Shown: piece by piece, positions 55,322 to 64,000 of the stretch
Numbering within the stretch: the stretch's first letter is position 1
Layout of the letters: each line of letters begins with the position of its first letter
Source of the DNA: Eledone cirrhosa
Lineage: Eukaryota
Length of the DNA stretch: 64,000 nucleotides
Direction of reading: 5' to 3'
Assembly: GCA_964016885.1 (NCBI GenBank)
Contig: OZ024753.1
Span: 16,926,001-16,990,000, forward strand
Position numbers and translations under genes: made by a program
Notes under the pieces: model-generated
What the model was told of the DNA's origin: nothing
The model's input: the letters and a program-made list of their open reading frames with translations, nothing else
Database searches by the model: none

Positions 55322-56143
55322 AGGATTCCCCCTCGTTATCGAGTATGGCCATTGCACGATATAGCATTTTAATAATTATCAATTAATTGTTTCTACTTTA
55401 GGCACAAGGCCAGCAATTAACCAGTGCATTACTGGTACTTTATTTTATCGACCCCGTAAGGATGAAAGGCAAAGTCAACCTCGGCGGGATTTGAACTCAG
55501 ATCGTAAAGGGACGTAACTATGCTGGAAAGCATGGCGTCCGACCCTCTACCGATACTGCCAATCCACCGCCCAATTAATAATTATCAATAAATGTTATCG
55601 TGCAATGCCTGTGCGTGAAGATATTTTTTAAAGTGAGGAAAGATTGTGCACTGAGCCAATCCCACTCTCTGAGCGACAGTAGCTATAATCTGAATGGAAG
55701 AAAAGATCAACATCACCGGTAACTACTGGGCTGCAGGTTTTATATCGGAGTTATCCCAGTCTCCTGAGTTGCCTCCTCCTAGAAGAATGTCTTGACAAAG
55801 GCTAGTGGTCCTTCACTCAAAGTGGTTTAACGGCGCGTTCGGGTGTCCAGCCAGACTTTTTCTATGTCCCTGCGCATATACATACACATGCACCCATGTA
55901 TATACACATATACATAGATATGTACGTGTGTATATACATATCTACACACTTTTGGATGGCCGTTGACTCTTATGAGTTCTTCCGCCCTTTGTCAGGTTTT
56001 GTTTTTTGTCCTGCAGGGTGTCCAAAATCACCCTCCTCACCAAGTAAACTTGGTGGGGTTGCCGGTTTAGTCGCCGACGACCCGACCATGCGACAGGTTG
56101 TACTGGGTTACATGTTACCAGTAGCACTCAAGAGTGACCCGAC
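55322..56143 (-). mobile_element. Diverged relative of the RTE-derived element, interrupted by a SINE and a microsatellite
   Basis: 56143-55950 aligns to the 5' leader. TAGCCTTTGTCAAG, GATGTTGA, AGAGAGTGGGA, CAGGCATTGC and the 3' TACTCGATAACGAG follow in order. Confidence 0.7.
55384..55574 (-). mobile_element. Full-length young tRNA-derived SINE with a 15-bp TSD
   Basis: TSD TTAATAATTATCAAT at 55369-55383 and 55575-55589. Very similar to 46737-46922. Confidence 0.9.
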
Positions 56144-56146
56144 ATA

Positions 56147-56178
<32 letters not shown>

Positions 56179-56446
56179 CACACATACATACATATACATA
56201 CATACATACACATACATACATACATACACACACACATACATACACACATACATATACATAGATACATACACACATACATATACATAGATACATACATACA
56301 TACACACATACATACATACACACATACATACATATACACACATACACACACATACACATGCTTATTTCATCATATCTCACGTTCACCTCCTGTAGTTCCT
56401 GTTTCAATATATCCTCTCTACACCATTCCCCCCCCCCCCCACCCTC

Positions 56447-57139
56447 CAGTGGTGTTGGTGGTGGTGGTGTTGGTGGTGGTGGTGTTAGTGGTGGTGGAGG
56501 TGGTGTTAGTGGTGGTGGTGTTAGTGGTGGTGGAGGTGGTGTTAGTGGTGGTGGTGTTAGTGGTGGTGTTAGTGGTGTTAGTGGTGGTGGTGTTAGTGGT
56601 GGTGGTGGTGGTGTTAGTGGTGGTGGTGGTGGTACCGGTGGTGGTGGTAGCGGTGGTGGTGTTAGTGGTGGTGGTGTTAGTGGTGGTGGAGGTGGTGTTA
56701 GTGGTGGTGGTGGTAGTGGTGGTGTTAGTGGTGGTGGTGTTAGTGGTGGTGGTGTTAGTGGTGGTGGTGTTAGTGGTGGTGGAGGTGGTGTTAGTGGTGG
56801 TGGTGTTGGTGGTGGTGGTGTTAGTGGTGGTGGAGGTGGTGTTAGTGGTGGTGGTGTTGGTGGTGGTGGTGTTAGTGGTGGTGGTGTTAGTGGTGGTGGA
56901 GGTGGTGGTAGCGGTGGTGGTGTTAGTGGTGGTGGTGGAGGTGGTGTTAGTGGTGGTGGTGTTAGTGGTGGTGGAGGTGGTGTTAGTGGTGGTGGTGGTG
57001 GCATTAGTGGTGGTAGTGGTGGTGGTTTTGGTGGTAGTGGTGGTAGTTGTGGTGTTGGTGGTGGTAGTGGTGGTGTTAGTGGTGGTGGTGGTAGTGGTGG
57101 TGTTAGTGGTGGTGGCGTTAGTGGTGGTAGTGGTGGTGT
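56447..57139. repeat. (GGT)n/GTTAGT compound trinucleotide repeat
   Basis: Direct reading. Confidence 0.95.
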
Positions 57140-57152
57140 ATTATTTAACACT

Positions 57153-57600
57153 AGGGCAGTGTATTGTCAACATCGGTAGAGCGTCCAGCAACATTATTTG
57201 CGGTATTTACGAATTTCTAAGTTCAAATTCCTTCGAGGTCAACGTAGCCTTTGATCCTCTTGAGATCGATAAAATAAACTATCAATCATCCACAAAAAAT
57301 GGGGTCGATATGATCGATTTCCCTTTTGCCAAAATTGCTGGCCTTGTGCTAATATTACAATCAATTATTTATTTTCTATCATTTCCAATAGTGGAGTAGA
57401 TTGACATACTCGGTAGAGCGTCAGATAAAATACAATTAAAGTTATGCCTCTTTATATCCTGATTTCAAATCCCGCCAAAGTCAACTTTGCTTTTCATCCA
57501 TCCGGGGTCGAGAAAATATAATACCAGTCACGTACTAGGGCTGATTTTAATCAAACTTTCCCCAACAAATTGCTGACATTGTGCCTCAATCAGAAATCAA
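57153..57600 (+). mobile_element. Two adjacent diverged tRNA-derived SINE copies
   Basis: Each has CGGTAGAGCGTC, a TTCAAAT B-box, the GTCAAC..GCYTTT.ATCC..TCGA.AAAATA domain and an AAATTGCTG..TTGTGC tail. Confidence 0.75.
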
Positions 57601-57630
57601 TATTTCAAGTAAAGGTTCTACGATTACAGC

Positions 57631-60600
57631 AGGTGTACTTCTATAACTGTGAGGTGTACTTCTGTAAACCTGGTGTGTACTTATGTAACCCTGGGGTGTA
57701 CTTCTGTAAACCTGGTGTGTACTTATGTAACCCTGGGGTGTACTTCTGTAACCCTGGTATGTACTTCTGTAACACTGGTGTGTACTTCTGTAAACCTGGT
57801 GTGTACTTATGTAACCCTCGGGTCTACTTATGTAACCCTGGTGTGTACTTCTGTAACACTGGTGTGTACTTCTGTAACCCTGGGCTGTACTTCTGTAACC
57901 CTGGTGTGTACTTATGTAACCCTCGGGTGTACTTCTGTAAACCTGGTGTGTACTTATGTAACCCTCGGGTCTACTTATGTAACCCTGGTGTGTACTTCTG
58001 TAACCCTGGTGTGTACTTCTGTAACCCTGGGGTGTACTTCTGTAACCCTGGTGTGTACTTCTGTAAACCTGGTGTGTACTTCTGTAACCCTGGTGTGTAC
58101 TTCTGTAACCCTGGGGTGTACTTCTGTAACCCTGGTGTGTACTTATGTAACCCTGGGGTATAATTATGTAACCCTGGGGTGTACTTCTGTAACCCTGGTG
58201 TGTACTTATGTAACCCTGGGGTGTAATTATGTAACCCTGGGGTGTACTTCTGTAACCCTGGTGTGTACTTCTGTAACCCTGGGGTGTACTTCTGTAACCC
58301 TGGGGTGTACTTCTGTAACCCTGGTGTGTACTTCTGTAACCCTGCGGTGTACTTCTGTAACACTAGGGTATACTTCTGTAACCCTGGTGTGTACTTCTGT
58401 AACCCTGGTGTGTAATTATGTAACCCTGGTATGTACTTCTGTAACCCTGGGGTATACTTCTGTAACCCTGGTATGTACTTCTGTAACCCTGGGGTGTACT
58501 TCTGTAACCCTGGTGTGTACTTCTGTAACCCTGCGGTGTACTTCTGTAACACTAGGGTATACTTCTGTAACCCTGGTGTGTACTTCTGTAACCCTGGTGT
58601 GTACTTATGTAACCCTGGTGTGTACTTCTGTAACTCTGGTGTGTACTTCTGTAACCCTGGGGTATACTTCTGTAACCCTGGGGTATACTTCTGTAACCCT
58701 GGGGTATACTTCTGTAACCCTGGGGTATACTTCTGTAACCCTGGGGTATACTTCTGTAACCCTGGGGTATACTTCTGTAACCCTGGTGTGTACTTCTGTA
58801 ACCCTGGTGTGTACTTATGTAACCCTGGTGTGTACTTATGTAACCCTGGGGTGTACTTCTGTAACTCTGGTGTGTACTTCTGTAACCCTGGTGTGTACTT
58901 CTGTAACCCTGGGGTATACTTCTGTAACCCTGGTGTGTACTTCTGTAACCCTGGTGTGTACTTCTGTAACCCTGGGGTATACTTCTGTAACCCTGGGGTA
59001 TACTTCTGTAACCCTGGGGTATACTTCTGTAACCCTGGGGTGTACTTCTGTAACCCTGGGGTGTACTTCTGTAACCCTGGTGTGTACTTCTGTAACCCTG
59101 GTGTGTACTTCTGTAACCCTGGGGTATACTTCTGTAACCCTGGTGTGTACTTCTGTAACCCTGGGGTATACTTCTGTAACCCTGGTGTGTACTTCTGTAA
59201 CCCTGGTGTGTAATTATGTAACCCTCGTATGTACTTCTGTAACCCTGGGGTATACTTCTGTAACCCGGGGTTATACTTCTGTAACCCTGGTGTGTACTTC
59301 TGTAACCCTGGTGTGTACTTCTGTAACCCTGGTGTGTACTTCTGTAACCCTGGTGTGTAATTATGTAACCCTGGTGTGTACTTCTGTAACCCTGGGGTAT
59401 ACTTCTGTAACCCTGGGGTATACTTCTGTAACCCTGGTGTGTACTTCTGTAACCCTGGGATGTACTTCTGTAACCCTGGGGTATACTTCTGTAACCCTGG
59501 TGTGTACTTCTGTAACCATGGGGTGTACTTCTGTAACCCTGGGGTGTACTTCTGTAACCCTGGTGTGTACTTCTGTAACCCTGGTGTGTAATTATGTAAC
59601 CCTGGTGTGTACTTCTGTAACCCTGGGGTATACTTCTGTAACCCTGGGGTATACTTCTGTAACCCTGGTGTGTACTTCTGTAACCATGGGGTGTACTTCT
59701 GTAACCCTGGGGTATACTTCTGTAACCCTGGTGTGTACTTCTGTAACCCTGGTGTGTAATTATGTAACCCTGGTGTGTACTTCTGTAACCCTGGGGTATA
59801 CTTCTGTAACCCTGGGGTATACTTCTGTAACCCTGGTGTGTACTTCTGTAACCATGGGGTGTACTTCTGTAACCCTGGGGTGTACTTCTGTAACCCTGGG
59901 GTGTACTTCTGTAACCCTGGGATGTACTTCTGTAACCCTGGTGTGTACTTCTGTAACCCTGGGATGTACTTCTGTAACCCTGGGGTGTACTTCTGTAACC
60001 CTGGGGTGTACTTCTGTAACCCTGGGGTGTACTTCTGTAACCCTGGTCTGTACTTCTGTAACACTGGTGTGTACTTCTGTAACCCTGGGATGTACTTCTG
60101 TAACACTGGTGTGTACTTGTGTAACCCTCGGGTGTGTACTTATGTAACCCTGGGGTGTACTTTTGTAACCCTGGTGTGTACTTTTGTAACCCTGGTGTGT
60201 ACTTATGTAACCCTGGTGTGTACTTATGTAACCCTGGTGTGTACTTATGTAACCCTGGTGTATACTTCTGTAACCCTGGGGTGTACTTCTGTAACCCTGG
60301 TCTGTACTTCTGTAACCCTGGGGTATACTTCTGTAACCCTGGGATGTACTTCTGTAACCCTGGTGTGTACTTCTGTAACCCTGGGATGTACTTCTGTAAC
60401 CCTGGGATGTACTTCTGTAACCCTAGTGTGTACTTCTGCAACCCTGGGGTGTACTTCTGTAACCCTAGTGTGTACTTCTGTAACCCTGGGATGTACTTCT
60501 GTAACCCTGGTGTGTACTTCTGTAACCCTGGTGTGTACTTATGTAACCCTGGGATGTACTTCTGTAACCCTGGTGTGTACTTCTGTAACCCTGGGATGTA

Positions 60601-63600
60601 CTTCTGTAACCCTGGTGTGTACTTCTGTAACCCTGGGATGTACTTCTGTAACCCTAGTGTGTACTTCTGTAACCCTGGGGTGTACTTCTGTAACCCTAGT
60701 GTGTACTTCTGTAACCCTGGTGTGTACTTCTGTAACCCTGGTGTGTACTTATGTAACCCTGGTGTGTACTTCTGTAACCCTGGGATGTACTTCTGTAACC
60801 CTGGGATGTACTTCTGTAACCCTGGTGTGTACTTATGTAACCCTGGGGTGTACTTTTGTAACCCTGGTGTGTACTTATGTAACCCTCGGGTGTACTTATG
60901 TAAACCTCGGGTGTACTTCTGTAACCCTGGTGTGTACTTATGTAACCCTCGGGTGTACTTCTGTAACCCTGGTGTGTATTTCTGTAACCCTGGTGTGTAA
61001 TTATGTAACCCTGGGGTGTATTTATGTAACCCTGGTGTGTACTTCTATAACCCTGGTGTGTACTTCTGTAACCCTGGTGTGTACTTCTGTAACCCTGGTG
61101 TGTACTTCTCTAACCCTGGTGTGTACTTATGTAACCCTGGTGTGTACTTATGTAACCCTGGGGTGTACTTATGTAACCCTCGGGTGTACTTCTGTAGCCC
61201 TAGTGTGTACTTCTGTAACCCTGGGGTGTACTTCTGTAACCCTGGTGTGTACTTCTGTAACCCTGGGGTGTACTTCTGTAACCCTGGGGTGTACTTCTGT
61301 AACCCTGGGGTATACTTCTGTAACCCTGGGGTATACTTCTGTAACCCTGGGGTATACTTCTGTAACCCTGGTGTGTACTTCTGTAACCCTGGTGTGTACT
61401 TCTGTAACCCTGGGGTGTACTTCTGTAACCCTGGGGTATACTTCTGTAACCCTGGTGTGTACTTCTGTAACCCTGGTGTGTACTTCTGTAACCCTGGTGT
61501 GTACTTCTGTAACCCTGGTGTGTACTTCTGTAACCCTGGTGTGTACTTCTGTAACCCTGGGGTATACTTCTGTAACCCTGGGGTATACTTCAGTAGCCCT
61601 GGGGTATACTTCTGTAACCCTGGGGTATACTTCTGTAACCCTGATGTGTACTTCTGTAACCCTGGGGTATACTTCTGTAACCCTGGGGTATACTTCTGTA
61701 ACCCTGGGGTGTACTTCTGTAACCCTGGTGTGTACTTCTGTAACCCTGGGGTGTACTTCTGTAACCCTGGGGTATACTTCTGTAACCCTGGGGTGTACTT
61801 CTGTAACCCTGGTGTGTACTTCTGTAACCCTGGGGTGTACTTCTGTAACCCTGGGGTATACTTCTGTAACCCTGGGATGTACTTCTGTAACCCTGGTGTG
61901 TACTTCTGTAACCCTGGTGTGTACTTATGTAACCCTGGTGTGTACTTATGTAACCCTGGTATGTACTTCTGTAACCCTGGTGTGTACTTATGTAACCCTG
62001 GGGTGTACTTCTGTAACCCTGGTGTGTACTTATGTAACCCTGGTATGTACTTCTGTAACCCTGGTGTGTACTTCTGTAACCCTGGGATGTACTTATGTAA
62101 CCCTGGGGTGTACTTATGTAACCCTGGTATGTACTTCTGTAACCCTGGTGTGTACTTATGTAACCCTGGTATGTACTTCTGTAACCCTGGTGTGTACTTC
62201 TGTAACCCTGGTATGTACTTCTGTAACCCTGGTGTGTACTTATGTAACCCTGGGGTGTACTTCTGTAACCCTGGGGTGTTCTTCTGTAACCCTGGTGTGT
62301 ACTTCTGTAACCCTGGGGTGTACTTCTGTAACCCTGGGGTGTTCTTCTGTAACCCTGGTATGTACTTCTGTAACCCTGGTGTGTACTTCTGTAACCCTGG
62401 TGTGTACTTCTGTAACCCTGGGGTGTACTTCTGTAACACTGGTGTGTACTTCTGTAACCCTGGGGTGTACTTCTGTAACCCTGGTGTGTACTTATGTAAC
62501 CCTCGCGTGTACTTCTGTAACCCTCGGGTGTACTTCTGTAACCCTGGGGTGTACTTCTGTAACCCTGGTATGTACTTCTGTAACCCTGGGGTGTACTTCT
62601 GTAACCCTGGTGTGCACTTCTGTAACCCTGGTGTGTACTTCTGTAACCCTGGTGTGTACTTCTGTAACCCTGGTGTGTACTTCTGTAACCCTGGTGTGTA
62701 CTTCTGTAACCCTGGGGTGTACTTCTGTAACCCTGGTGTGTACTTCTGTAACCCTGGTGTGTACTTCTGTAACCCTGGTGTGTACTTCTGTAACCCTGGG
62801 GTGTACTTCTGTAACCCTGGTGTGTACTTCTGTAACCCTGGTGTGTACTTCTGTAACCCTGGTGTGTACTTCTGTAACCCTGGTGTGTACTTCTGTAACC
62901 CTGGTGTGTACTTCTGTAACCCTGGGGTGTACTTCTGTAACCCTGGTGTGTACTTCTGTAACCCTGGTGTGTACTTCTGTAACCCTGGTGTGTACTTCTG
63001 TAACCCTGGTGTGTACTTCTGTAACCCTGGTGTGTACTTCTGTAACCCTGGTGTGTACTTCTGTAACCCTGGTGTGTACTTCTGTAACCCTGGTGTGTAC
63101 TTCTGTAACCCTGGTGTGTACTTCTGTAACCCTGGGGTGTACTTCTGTAACCCTGGTGTGTACTTCTGTAACCCTGGTGTGTACTTCTGTAACCCTGGTG
63201 TGTACTTCTGTAACCCTGGTGTGTACTTCTGTAACCCTGGGGTGTACTTCTGTAACCCTGGTGTGTACTTCTCTAACCCTGGTGTGTACTTCTGTAACCC
63301 TGGTGTGTACTTCTGTAACCCTGGGGTGTACTTCTGTAACCCTGGTGTGTACTTCTGTAACACTGGTGTGTACTTATGTAACCCTGGTGTGTACTTCTGT
63401 AACCCTGGGGTGTACTTCTGTAACCCTGGTGTGTACTTCTGTAACCCTGGTGTGTACTTCTGTAACCCTGGTGTGTACTTCTGAAACCCTGGTGTGTACT
63501 TCTGTAACCCTCGGGTGTACTTCTGTAACCCTGGTGTGTACTTATGTAACCCTGGTGTGTATTTATGTAACCCTGGGGTGTACTTCTGAAACCCTGGGGT

Positions 63601-63789
63601 GTACTTATGTAACCCTGGGGTGTACGTATGTAACCCTGGTGTGTACTTCTGTAACCCTGGGGTGTACTTCTGAAACCCTGGGGTGTACTTCTGAAACCCT
63701 GGGGTGTACTTCTGTAACCCTGGGGTGTACTTCTGTAACCCTGGTGTGTACTTCTGTAACCCTCGGGTGTACTTCTGTAACTGTGAGGG
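57631..63789. repeat. 21-bp minisatellite, about 290 copies
   Basis: Unit GTGTACTTCTGTAACCCTGGK. Confidence 0.98.
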
Positions 63790-63856
63790 GTCTAATATGT
63801 TGCAGCTCTGTTGGATTATGAAGATATTTGTGTTAACAGATAATTTACTGTGTGAG

Positions 63857-64000
63857 GCCCGTGTGGTTTAGGGGCTGTTCCAGCACGTCTCCCTCGAGCC
63901 CCATGTGGTTGAGTGGCTGTGCCAGCACGTCTCCCTCGAGCTCCATGTGGTTGAGTGGCTGTTCCAGCGCGTCTCCCTCGAGCCCCATGTGGTTGAGTGG
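63857..64000. repeat. 42-bp minisatellite continuing beyond the window
   Basis: Unit CCCCATGTGGTTGAGTGGCTGTTCCAGCACGTCTCCCTCGAG. Confidence 0.85.

Noticed and set aside
56108-57399. Poly-Pro (formin/extensin-like), Gly-rich and Val-rich ORFs
   Set aside because: All arise from one (GGT)n repeat flanked by a SINE and (TACA)n. There is no adjoining domain or convincing splice context.
57570-63821. CNPGVYF / TSVTLVC / LQKYTPG repeat proteins
   Set aside because: A 21-bp unit gives long ORFs automatically, and stops and a frameshift interrupt them.

Overview
This is AT-rich eukaryotic (animal) repeat DNA, not prokaryotic. The tRNA-derived SINE families and the huge (TA)n/(TATG)n tracts suggest an octopus or other coleoid cephalopod, which is inference. 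About half the window is micro- or minisatellite, and nearly all listed YI/CV/HT ORFs are artefacts of it. The real protein-coding remnants are all retroelements: a 5'-truncated but uninterrupted Tx1/L1-clade LINE in a (TCTA)n tract plus a second short copy in another (TCTA)n tract, a Neptune-like and a Naiad-like Penelope element (RT and GIY-YIG), and a 5'-inverted CR1-like LINE next to a 200-N gap. There are also five copies of a non-autonomous RTE derivative, many SINEs and several MITEs. The main hidden signal is non-coding. At least seven type I hammerhead ribozyme motifs can be folded by eye, three of them in a 461-bp tandem unit that looks like a non-LTR retrozyme or Penelope pseudo-LTR inserting into (TA)n. 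One weak candidate host exon lies at 51612-51719 (-). All folds and alignments were done by eye, with no database searches.
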